Of a DNA stretch of 64,000 nucleotides, positions 55,303 through 64,000 are shown one piece after another. Made by a program: the position numbers and the translations under genes. Numbering within the stretch: the first letter of the stretch is position 1; each line of letters begins with the position of its first letter. Origin of the DNA: an uncultured Acidobacteriota bacterium. GTDB taxonomy: Bacteria > Acidobacteriota > UBA6911. The notes beneath the pieces were generated by a model. It made no database searches. It was not told the origin of the DNA and worked only from the letters and a program-made list of their open reading frames with translations. Location: positions 352,001-416,000 of the forward strand of contig CAWEJX010000006.1 in assembly GCA_963809485.1 (NCBI GenBank). The letters are read 5' to 3'.

Positions 55303-56426
55303 ATGAAAATTACTATTATCGGATGCGGATTAATCGGCGGATCCATCGCCCTGGCTCTCAAACGGCGCCGGCCGAAATTGCTCATTGCCGTGTCTTGATC
55401 TGCCGGAGCGCCTCCCTGCCATTCGGGAGGCGGGAGTTGCAGACCAGCTCGGAACGCATGCAGGACCTTGCGTCCCACGTTCCGGAAAGCTCCATCGTGA
55501 TTCTGGCCACGCCGGTGCAGACGGTCCTGGAAACCCTAAGCCAGCTTCAGCCCATTCCTGAGCGAGAACAGACGATCGTCACGGATGTCGGAAGCACCAA
55601 AAAGCGGATCATGACGGAAGCGCAAAAGCTCTTGCCTCCCGGAGTTCATTTCATCGGAGGCCATCCCATGGCCGGATCCGAGCATTCCGGCGTCGAAGCC
55701 GCCGACCCGCTTCTGTTCAGCGACCAAGTCTATGCGCTCTGCCCCTATCCGGATACTCCTCCGGATGCGTTGCTGTCTCTCATGGATCTTGCCGAGAGTC
55801 TTCTGGCACTACCCATTACCGTCGATCCGGAAGAGCACGACCGGATCATGGCAATGGTCAGCCATCTGCCGCAGCTTATCTCCGTGGCGCTCATGCACGC
55901 CGCTCAGGCAGGAGACGCCGAACATGCCATGCTGGATAAACTCGCGGGGCGCGGATTCCTGGACATGACACGTTGTCGGCCTCCAGCTTCGGGATCTGGA
56001 AAGGGATTCTGGAAACGAATCCCGAGGCGATCCACGCAATCGCGCAGTTCAACAAAAGCCTGGAACTTCTGCACCGCGGATCGCTCGACCGCAAAACCGC
56101 GCTTGCCTGGGAACAGGCCGGCAAACGCGGCGGAAGATGGGCCCGGAAAGCCTGGCCCGACCACGAAAACATGATTTGCGCAGCATGATCGATCGCTATG
56201 ACAAACAGATCCTCTCGGCCCTGGGACATCGCATCGAGATTGCGCGCAAAATCGGAAAACTGAAAACAACCAGGCCGCGCCAGTCGTCGATCCCGACCGC
56301 GAACGGCGCATGATGCTGCAACGCGGAGAATGGGGAAAATCATTGAGCCTGCCGGAGGATTTGGTCGAAGAGCTCTTTGCCGTCATCCTGAAACACAGCT
56401 CCCGCATTCAGGCGGAAAAGCTCTGA
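55303..56426 (+). CDS. tyrA: Prephenate dehydrogenase with C-terminal chorismate mutase domain (multiple frameshifts)
   Basis: '[16 protein letters not shown]' from ATG 55303; 'TDVGSTK', 'GGHPMAGSE', '[13 protein letters not shown]'; then AroQ-like '[30 protein letters not shown]'. Confidence 0.8.
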
Positions 56427-56462
56427 GGTTACCGCTCCGGCAGCCCGAATGCACGGGGGGTT

Positions 56463-56972
56463 AGGATCAAAGGAATCAAGGATCAAAGGATCAAAGGGGA
56501 AAAGGATCATGGGAGTCGAGGATCAAAGGATCAAGGGGGAAAGGATCAGAGGGGTCGAGGATCAAAGGAATCAAGGATCAAAGGGGTGCGCAAGTCGGGG
56601 AGGGGTGGTTATCTGGCCTCAGTCCGGCAACACGTCATTATTTCGCATTATGGTAAACCGCCGTCTATGGCGGCGTGACTCGAAAAAACTCTGCCGTTCC
56701 GGGGTGCGTCCTGAAGAAACAGAAAAGAGAATGATGAATATCGAATGATGAATGTCGAATGTCGAAGTAGATGTCTGGAGAGGCGGGCATCGCAAAATAT
56801 GCAAGGGTTCAAATACTTCATTATTCGACATTCGATATTCGCATTGATCTCGCTGCCCCCATCCTGGCGGCTTCCTGATACCACCCGCTCTGCGGGTGGA
56901 GTATTCATTTTCCCTGCTTCTCTATGCTCCTCGATCCCTTTGATCCTTTGATCCTCTGATCCTTTGATCCTT
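56463..56972. repeat. Nested inverted short-tandem-repeat element between convergent genes
   Basis: GGATCAAA repeats (56463-56583) face CTTTGATCC repeats (56930-56972) and enclose a heptamer-repeat palindrome (56729-56840). Confidence 0.85.
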
Positions 56973-57002
56973 TATACCGGGCCTTTCATTGACAATAAGG
57001 GG

Positions 57003-57467
57003 CTAGGGCTTGAATTTGGCGGTCTTTGGATCGTGAAGCCTCCAATGGGCGATCCTTATGCGTTTCATCTTGCCGTCCACCATGTCGTACATCACCCAGT
57101 TTGTCGACAAAACAGGTTCGCCCACCTTCCATGCCTGCCGGCCGTCGCTCTCCGGAGTATCCTTGAAGGGGTGAAACTCAGTGTAGAGCTCTGCGAAAAG
57201 CCTGTCTTCCGTGGATAAAAAATCGCGCAACTCCAAAACCTCTTTCACTGCGGATGTAAGCGCCTTGTAGTTTTCGATGAATTCCTTGGGGCCACGGAGT
57301 GTCCTGGCCGGGACTGCAAGCCCCGTGGCGTTGTCGTAATATTCCACGGTAATATCCGGGGTAAAATAGCCGGCGACCTTCTCAAAATCCTTTTTATTGA
57401 AGTAACTGACGTATTCCAGATATTCCTCCCGGGTCATGGCGCGGCCCTTGCGTTCGGCAGTAGTCAT
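57003..57467 (-). CDS. SnoaL/NTF2-like family protein
   Basis: 'MTREEYLEYVSYFNKKDF..YFTPDI', 'YDMVDGKMKRIRIA'; similar to 5566-6084. Confidence 0.8.
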   Translation of the reverse strand: MTTAERKGRAMTREEYLEYVSYFNKKDFEKVAGYFTPDITVEYYDNATGLAVPARTLRGPKEFIENYKALTSAVKEVLELRDFLSTEDRLFAELYTEFHPFKDTPESDGRQAWKVGEPVLSTNWVMYDMVDGKMKRIRIAHWRLHDPKTAKFKP

Positions 57468-57555
57468 GTGTTTTCTCCTTTCATCTCGGATGGCGCAAGT
57501 CAACCGTAGACCAGTCCCGGAACAAAGTTCAAGCACAATTCGGCTGTCCCGCCCG

Positions 57556-59796
57556 CTAGAAGCGGAAGGTATAGTTCAGCTTGATCCGGAAACGGGTTTG
57601 GGCAGATTCGAACCGGTCCATTGCGTTCTCCTGCCAGCTGTGATTAAGCACCACATAGAACTCGTTCCCTGGTTTGAGGATCCAGCGCAGGCGGCTTTGA
57701 AGGCCGATGTTGCGCGAATCCGTGTCGTATTGCACAAAATTGGCCAGGCTGATGAAGGGGGTGAAGGAGTAGTCCAGGCGGTACATCACCAGGCTCGAAT
57801 TAAAATTTCCCTCCTTCAACCGGATCCAGTACTGCTCCCAGCTGAAGGATGTCGTCAGATGGCGGTCTTTTCTCCAATCCAGCTGCGCGGACAATCGGCG
57901 GCGGGTGCCTGAGTAAAAAGAACCGGTCCAAAATTCGCTCGAAGCCGAGACCGGCCGGGACTGTGAAGTCCAAAGCATAAGGGCATGGGTGCCGAATTTG
58001 TATTCGCCCGGGGGAAGCGTAATTCCGTGCCTCGGACTTATCGTCCAGGGTTCAAAGAGCTGCTCATGGTTAATTATGTAGTTGTAGCCGAAGAAATCTC
58101 CGCTGTTCATCCGCCACTGGAAAGGAGTCAGTTCCAGTTCTCGGCTTTCCCAGCTGCCGTGTTTTAGGCTGAAATAGTCGGTGTAAGAAAATTCGTGAGA
58201 CATCTGGCGGATATTCCAGAACTCAGGCCTGGGGGAGATTTCGCCATTGAAAGATGAGATCCGCACTCCGGTCCGGGGCACAAACCCGAGCGCGGGATTG
58301 TAGTTCTCCCCTATTTTAAGCCACTTATAATCAAAATTTATAAGATCGTTGGGGTAGGCGACAACACCTCCAAAGGAATTGTCGAGGTTTTCCAGGCCCG
58401 TCGTGCTGGTTTTTGTTCCGAAAAGGGTCAGGCTCAGGTTCTTCCCCCGGTCCAGGAAGTTGGATGTGGCCAGCTTCAAATCGATGCCGCCCATCTGGTT
58501 GCTGGTCCGGCCGGTGGGATCCCCGTTGGTGAACATGGCGCCGAGATAGGATTGTCCCCCAAAATTGGCTTTCACGCGCCCGACAAAGAGATTCTTGCTG
58601 GCCAGCTTGAGGTCCGGCTGATCCGGTTCATCGAAGCGGCCGGTCTGGACATCCAGGATTCCCACATCGAACTTCCCGATTTTCCCGGTCAGTTTTTCGC
58701 CGACGAGAATAGGTATCTCATTGCCCTCCACCAGGCCGATCCTGCGTGAGAAAAAAGGCATGAGTTCACTGCCCATGTTAAATCCCGGGGGGCCGTTATC
58801 GGCCGGCAGACCGAACTCAAAAATCCCCGCATCCTCCAGAAAGAAAGAACGTTTTTCGGGGAAAAACAGGGGGAAGCGCGTCAGGTTGACCTGTCGCGCG
58901 TCGACTTCAGTTTCGGCAAAATCCGTGTTGACCGTCGTGCTCGACACCAGATTGGCCGTAATGCGATAGAACATATCGAAACCCGCGTCGCCGGTCCCCT
59001 GAACCTTGTCCTCACGGTTGATGTCGCGGCTGAATCCGGTAATGCCGTACGGCTTGATATCCAGCCCGACTCCCTGGGATGGCTGCTCGATGCCTGTGAT
59101 ATGGCCGGCCCGAACCACCTGGAAGAGCTGTACATCCAACGATGGTGATGCCCATCTTGATGTTTCCCGCCCCCGCGCAAGAAAGCGGGAGATGTTGAAT
59201 CCCCATTCCGAGATTCGCGGATTGAATCCGATCGTCTTGAAAGGAATTTCGAATTCGGCCGTCCACCCCTGGTCATCGATATGCGTTCGGACGTTCCATA
59301 TGCCATCCCATTCCAGTGAAGCTCCCTGGTTTTCGGTTATCCGGCCTTCCACCAGGGCTCCGGCAGCATTTGTGGAAAAGTAGTATGCGTTCCGGTTGTC
59401 GTGATAGGTGTCGAGCACGATCTCGATATTATCGTTTTCCTCCAGGAATGCATCCCGCTTCATCTCCGTTGCCACGATCTGCCCCGGATTGTGGTCTTCA
59501 CACCGGACAGCTATGTATAGTGACTCCTTGCTGTAGGCGAGCCAGACTCTCGTTGCTTCGGTCGGGGGATCGCCTGAGCGGGGTTCCACCTGCACAAATT
59601 GGGTGATACTAGGGCTTTCCTGCCACGCCGGTTCGCTCAAGATTCCATCGATCTGTATTTTTTCGGAAATACGACGGATGGCAACGCTGTAATCCTCGGC
59701 CGGGAAAAGCGGTTGAAGGTAAAACATAATCAGTCCGACGAGGATTGCAGCCCGAAGGGCGAATCGATGGATACGGGACACAGGGTGATCATTCAT
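57556..59796 (-). CDS. CBM9-like domain plus DUF5916-type outer-membrane protein
   Basis: 'IQIDGILSEPAW', 'GWTAEFEIPFKTI', 'NTDFAETEVD..VNLTRFPLFFPEKRSFFLE', C-terminal Phe. Confidence 0.88.
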   Translation of the reverse strand: MNDHPVSRIHRFALRAAILVGLIMFYLQPLFPAEDYSVAIRRISEKIQIDGILSEPAWQESPSITQFVQVEPRSGDPPTEATRVWLAYSKESLYIAVRCEDHNPGQIVATEMKRDAFLEENDNIEIVLDTYHDNRNAYYFSTNAAGALVEGRITENQGASLEWDGIWNVRTHIDDQGWTAEFEIPFKTIGFNPRISEWGFNISRFLARGRETSRWASPSLDVQLFQVVRAGHITGIEQPSQGVGLDIKPYGITGFSRDINREDKVQGTGDAGFDMFYRITANLVSSTTVNTDFAETEVDARQVNLTRFPLFFPEKRSFFLEDAGIFEFGLPADNGPPGFNMGSELMPFFSRRIGLVEGNEIPILVGEKLTGKIGKFDVGILDVQTGRFDEPDQPDLKLASKNLFVGRVKANFGGQSYLGAMFTNGDPTGRTSNQMGGIDLKLATSNFLDRGKNLSLTLFGTKTSTTGLENLDNSFGGVVAYPNDLINFDYKWLKIGENYNPALGFVPRTGVRISSFNGEISPRPEFWNIRQMSHEFSYTDYFSLKHGSWESRELELTPFQWRMNSGDFFGYNYIINHEQLFEPWTISPRHGITLPPGEYKFGTHALMLWTSQSRPVSASSEFWTGSFYSGTRRRLSAQLDWRKDRHLTTSFSWEQYWIRLKEGNFNSSLVMYRLDYSFTPFISLANFVQYDTDSRNIGLQSRLRWILKPGNEFYVVLNHSWQENAMDRFESAQTRFRIKLNYTFRF

Positions 59797-60160
59797 TCGC
59801 AGACACTCTCCGCAAGCTGGAGCATTGATTGAAACGGCGGCGCACGAAACGAGCCGGCGCCCTTGGGCCCACAGTATAAGTTCTGCCGCGGGCACGAGCA
59901 GCTTGGCTCCAGCCGGCGGTGTGATGCAGGTATTATCTGCGGGATGCACATTACGGACAGGACTGGCCTCCCCGTAATGCACACAGACATAATACGCGAG
60001 ACAGCCAGAATGTTACATTTGGAACTCTCCTGGATATCGGTGCGGGCCCCTGCCTGTGCCTGCCGCAGGCTTCCCCGAATTTCTCACCGCTTTCATGCTG
60101 CGGCGGCTCAATCGGGCCTGTGTGCTCTGGATTGAGGGGCGCAAGCCACCAGGTCGAATG

Positions 60161-60388
60161 TCAGTACCAGTTGCGGATAATGCCCAAGAGCTTTTTGAGA
60201 GATTCCCATACATCGCCGGTGAAGTCATAGATCCAGAGGGCCCCGTTTTTTATCGCGGCCAGAACCGAAGCCGTGGTCCCGGGTCGCAAGGCCTCTAATA
60301 TTATGAGAAGAATGGCAACGGACAGAGTTGTGACCAGAATTCTTTTTGTCCAGCTTTCTCCTTTCAATATCACCTGTAGTTGCGTCAT
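60161..60388 (-). CDS. Possible small membrane protein
   Basis: One hydrophobic helix plus an amphipathic tail; start uncertain. Confidence 0.35.
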   Translation of the reverse strand: MTQLQVILKGESWTKRILVTTLSVAILLIILEALRPGTTASVLAAIKNGALWIYDFTGDVWESLKKLLGIIRNWY

Positions 60389-60530
60389 GGCGCAGAGAAC
60401 CCGCATCGATCCGAGTGGATTTATCTTTTGAACTAATTATAGCGAAAAGCGAAGCGAATAAGGTCAAATCATGGTAAAGAATTGTTAATCCTGTGTCCGG
60501 GATCACATCCGGCCGTGGGGATTGCCGGAT

Positions 60531-61805
60531 TTACGGTTGTTTCAGGCAGGGAATCGTCTGGGGGCCCTCGGGGAGGACGCCGATGCGCGCCGAAGGCCCG
60601 TATTCCTTCACCAGCCCGGCCAGCGTGGCATCAAGGTCGGGTGCGGGCTTGAGCAGGGCCGAGCGTATCTGCTCTTCAGTCAGGCCTGCACTGTGGATAT
60701 ATACGCTTGCCTTCAGCTGAATTTGTGCCTGGATCTGAACCTGCCACTGGTCCTGCTGCGGGCATTGTTCCGACAATACGCGGTCCAGCAAAGCCTGTGG
60801 ACTGCCGGCCCGGCGCAGCAGATTTCCGTACAATCCATGTTCGGGGATGCCGTCGCAGCATCCGGAAACCATCACTATGGCGCCGCCCGGCCGCACGATC
60901 TGCGCCGCCGCACTCATCCCTTTAACGGTCTGATAGAGATTCAGGTCCAGCGGATAGCCTGAGTTGGTTGCCACGACGATGTCGAACGCCTTTTCAACGG
61001 CGAGCATCGCCGTTTTGCGGACGAAATCGACACCCCGGGCGTGGGCAAGGTCGAGATCCCCGGCAAAAACACCCGTAATCGCCTGGTCCCTGTTGAGGGC
61101 GACGTTCAGGAGGAAAATGCGCCCTGCGCGGTGCGCGGCCTCGCGCGCTTCCTCCCAGATGGGATTTCCTTGCGTGATGCCCCAGGTAGCTTTGGGATCG
61201 GCAATATTTTGCGCACAATGATTGCGCAGGATCGTCTCCAGACCGGCCATGCCCGGCATGAGGGCCTTGCCAGCGCCTGAAAATCCGGCGAAAAAGTGCG
61301 GCTCGATGAAACCGGTAAGAATCTTGACGGAACACCCGGAAAGCTCCCGGTTGATCCGTATCTCATTGCCGCTGCCGGTGCACCCCAGGCTGACCTGGGT
61401 GCTTGAATCGAAAGCGTTGTTCTGGAGGATCTCATGCCCGGCGCCGGCAAATGCGCCCAGCATGCGGTGAAGCTCGCCAACGGTTTCGGGCCGGTGTGTC
61501 CCAAGGGCGATAAACAGGCGGATATTCGATTGCGGGACATGGGGCATCTCCGCAATCAGCGCTTCAAGTAGGAGTTCATTGGGCGTGGCGCGGGTCAAGT
61601 CGTTGACGACGATGCCTACGGTATCCCCGGCGTTGATGTATTCTGCCAGCGGCAGGCTTCCGATGGGAGTCTGCAAAGCTTCCCGCAAAGCTTTGCGGGG
61701 ATCTTCGATGCCCGGGACAAACCGCGGTTCGATAACCTGAACATCCCAATTGTCGTCGAGATGGAGATCCAGTCCGCTTGTGCCGTAGGCTAGATGAACT
61801 TTCAT
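60531..61805 (-). CDS. larA: Nickel-dependent lactate racemase family protein
   Basis: 'VNDLTRATP', 'IALGTHR', 'GFIEPHFFAGFSGAGK..MPG', 'GYPLDLNLYQTVKGM', 'DQWQVQ'. Confidence 0.9.
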   Translation of the reverse strand: MKVHLAYGTSGLDLHLDDNWDVQVIEPRFVPGIEDPRKALREALQTPIGSLPLAEYINAGDTVGIVVNDLTRATPNELLLEALIAEMPHVPQSNIRLFIALGTHRPETVGELHRMLGAFAGAGHEILQNNAFDSSTQVSLGCTGSGNEIRINRELSGCSVKILTGFIEPHFFAGFSGAGKALMPGMAGLETILRNHCAQNIADPKATWGITQGNPIWEEAREAAHRAGRIFLLNVALNRDQAITGVFAGDLDLAHARGVDFVRKTAMLAVEKAFDIVVATNSGYPLDLNLYQTVKGMSAAAQIVRPGGAIVMVSGCCDGIPEHGLYGNLLRRAGSPQALLDRVLSEQCPQQDQWQVQIQAQIQLKASVYIHSAGLTEEQIRSALLKPAPDLDATLAGLVKEYGPSARIGVLPEGPQTIPCLKQP

Positions 61806-61952
61806 GGTATTCGGCTCATGCAGGCAAAGGCTTCCGGGATTGTGCTTCCGGAAGAACAATTAGTGCAACGATGGAAAGCAGTAACCTAAATAAACCCGTA
61901 ATCGCAAGCTTTGCTGGGAGACTCACAGAGCTTGACAGGTTCAGGATCATTG

Positions 61953-61993
61953 AACGCCGACAAACACGGACGAAACGCTGACGAACGCTGATC
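61953..61993. repeat. ACGCTGA short tandem repeat
   Basis: aacgccgacaaacacggacgaaacgctgacgaacgctgatc. Confidence 0.7.
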
Positions 61994-62039
61994 AATGATG
62001 CAGCGGAAGCGTCTCGATGGCTCTTGCCGGCGTATGGCA

Positions 62040-62110
62040 GCGGTTGGAGGCGGCTCAGCTCATCCAACCGCTTTGAGCCGTAAACAATCAAGCCGGCTCT
62101 GTCGGAGGTA
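62040..62110. repeat. Dispersed repeat A, degenerate partial copy 3
   Basis: tccaaccgctttgagccg..tcaagccggctctgtcggaggta aligns to 4333-4383. Confidence 0.6.
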
Positions 62111-62190
62111 GTTGTAAATTTCCGCGAACTGAGAAGGTCTGTATCTGACCATGCCGCGCAATTCGCAAATGCTATTTGAATCCGCACCGG

Positions 62191-62601
62191 TCACTTGCTG
62201 CCGGCATTGGTCAGGACAAGCCTGCCGTGCTTCACGCCCTTTAGGCTCAGGAGGTGGTCGGCGAATACTTTGGCCTCCGTCCCCCGCCCTTTGAGGATGA
62301 TCACTTCCAGGCAGTTGTGATGATCCAGGTGGACGTGTGTGCTGGCCAGCACCTGACCCTTGTAATCATGCTGCGCCTCAATCAATTGCTCGGACAGCTT
62401 GGGCTGATGATGATCATAAACGAGCGTGAGGGTCGCCACCACAACTTTGTCGGATACAATATCCTCTTCTACGAACTGATCCCTCACCAAATCCCGAATC
62501 GCCTCCGATCGGCTGCCATAGCCTTTTTGACGGATGGTCTGGTCGAACCTCTCGAGCAGATCTCGCTCGAGGGATATGCCGGTTCTTATCAAGGATGTCA
62601 T
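62191..62601 (-). CDS. nikR: Nickel-responsive regulator
   Basis: 'GISLERDLLERFD..GYGSRSEAIRDLVR', 'YDHH', 'HVHLDHHNCLEV'. Confidence 0.95.
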   Translation of the reverse strand: MTSLIRTGISLERDLLERFDQTIRQKGYGSRSEAIRDLVRDQFVEEDIVSDKVVVATLTLVYDHHQPKLSEQLIEAQHDYKGQVLASTHVHLDHHNCLEVIILKGRGTEAKVFADHLLSLKGVKHGRLVLTNAGSK

Positions 62602-62735
62602 AAGGGATGCACCTCCAATGACCAGCTCGAATGCTGGCAATTTACATCCACGGGACCCATCAAGCGGAAGCAGCCGGAAGGTCCGTTACAATAGATCTTT
62701 CCTCCGGATACTTTTAGATCATGGCACATGAGCCC

Positions 62736-63599
62736 TCAAATCAGATCTCTGGTAGCGGCGTCCAAATTCTCCGGATCAAACCGCACGAGCGCCAACTCGA
62801 GCCCGTCATGGGCGGCCGAAAAAGAGAAGGTTCTGCCGATCCGTTCCCTCCAGGTGCCCGTAATCCGGGCGGATTCATGGATATGGCCGTGCAGGGTCAA
62901 CAGCGGCTGCCGGGATTCGATGAACCGGCGGACCGCGATGCTTCCCACATGGACGTCGAGATCCACATAATCGAATTTTTGCCCATCCAGCGCAGCCCTG
63001 TCGAGACTTGTGTTGTAGGGGGGCGTATGAAACAGCAGGATGGTGTGCGAAAGGTTCGTCTCTTGCACCAGCTTTTCGAGATCGTTCTGGATGGTTTCGT
63101 GCCTCAGCACCCCCTTGGGAACCTCAATCGAGAGCCAGCCTTCCTCGGGTGAAATGCAGAGCGGATCCACATAGCGGGAAACGTCATAGCGCTCCCAGTC
63201 TTTCAGCATGAACGGCGTCGGCGGCACATAGGCGTAACCATAAATGGCATAGTTTTTCCATCGAGCACATCGGCCATGCATATAGAACCAGAGTCCCTGG
63301 TCGTGCAACTCCTCCATGCGCTGTTCTTCAAAACGGCCGTCATCATTTCCCATTATGATGAAAACGGAAGGGTACGAGGCGCCCAGGTCTTTCTTGAGCC
63401 TGGCAAATCCATCGGCCAAAATGCTTTTAAGAAAATCGTCATAGGTTGCCTTCGCGCTCGCAAGTGCCCCGAAGCCCGAAGGGAAAAGGTCTCCACCCAG
63501 AAATACGGCGCCGGGCTTTTCTTTTTTGATGGCTTGAAACAGTTTTCCGTAACGGTCTTCCCTTCCGTGAAGATCCGCCGCAAAAAAGCAAATTTCCAT
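62736..63599 (-). CDS. Metallophosphoesterase
   Basis: 'ADLHG', 'GGDL', 'GNDD', 'HTPP', 'LHGHIHES'. Confidence 0.9.
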   Translation of the reverse strand: MEICFFAADLHGREDRYGKLFQAIKKEKPGAVFLGGDLFPSGFGALASAKATYDDFLKSILADGFARLKKDLGASYPSVFIIMGNDDGRFEEQRMEELHDQGLWFYMHGRCARWKNYAIYGYAYVPPTPFMLKDWERYDVSRYVDPLCISPEEGWLSIEVPKGVLRHETIQNDLEKLVQETNLSHTILLFHTPPYNTSLDRAALDGQKFDYVDLDVHVGSIAVRRFIESRQPLLTLHGHIHESARITGTWRERIGRTFSFSAAHDGLELALVRFDPENLDAATRDLI

Positions 63600-64000
63600 A
63601 TGTTCCTCGCATAAGTTAATACCTTTTTTTGCGCGTTCGTGCACCATGAAATGTGCTGGAAGGAGTGGCCTCAAATCGAAGGTTGCAGGTTTCAGCTCGC
63701 AAGCCTTCCTGTCGGGAATCGCGGCTCCGTCAAAATAATCTCTGGCTTTGAGTCATTGTATAGCCCCAAAACTATAGTGCCGGCGTGTGCAGGATTCGTG
63801 CTAATTTGTAGCTGCAAGCTTTCCATCGGAAGGAGGACATTGATGATATCCCAGGGTGAGGGGAGCGGGAACGCCAAAATCCGGTTGGGCATAAGCCGGT
63901 GCCTTCTGGGAGACAAAGTCCGGTATGACGGCGGTCACAAGCTGGACCGGTTTGTAACGGAGACACTGGGCCGGTGGGTGGAATATGTCCCGGTATGTCC

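Noticed and set aside
56449-56975. CRISPR array or the short ORFs predicted here
   Set aside because: Repeat units are 7-9 bp without unique spacers and there are no cas genes; the ORFs are translations of the repeats.
63690-64000. Gene at the right edge of the window
   Set aside because: No frame could be identified with confidence from the truncated sequence.

Overview
GC-rich bacterial chromosomal window. Several Oar-type TonB-dependent receptors, NrfHA and LarA-family genes suggest an anaerobic or facultative Acidobacteriota-like organism (inference). The sequence carries many single-base frameshifts, several in homopolymer runs, typical of an unpolished long-read assembly. Main blocks: (1) a glutamine/nitrogen cluster (MFS, glnA, pyrG-carA-carB, a predicted outer-membrane protein, amtB-glnK-glnD); (2) TonB receptors; (3) a Thermotoga-like hexuronate operon (uxaE, SDR, LarA-family epimerase, gnd, PfkB kinase); (4) accessory genes (CLec/FGE-fold protein, DUF4160-type toxin-antitoxin pair); (5) two aromatic amino acid modules flanking nrfHA; (6) larA-nikR. 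Top observations: a CTP synthase fused to an N-terminal excisionase/BldC-like HTH, with phased direct repeats at its own promoter; a candidate sigma-54 nitrogen regulon marked by paired TACA-N4-TGTA sites at four loci, including an uncharacterised outer-membrane gene; an unannotated Tyr/Phe leader-peptide attenuator; a probable CM-PDT-DAHP synthase triple fusion; a plug-less TonB-type barrel; and candidate structured RNAs.
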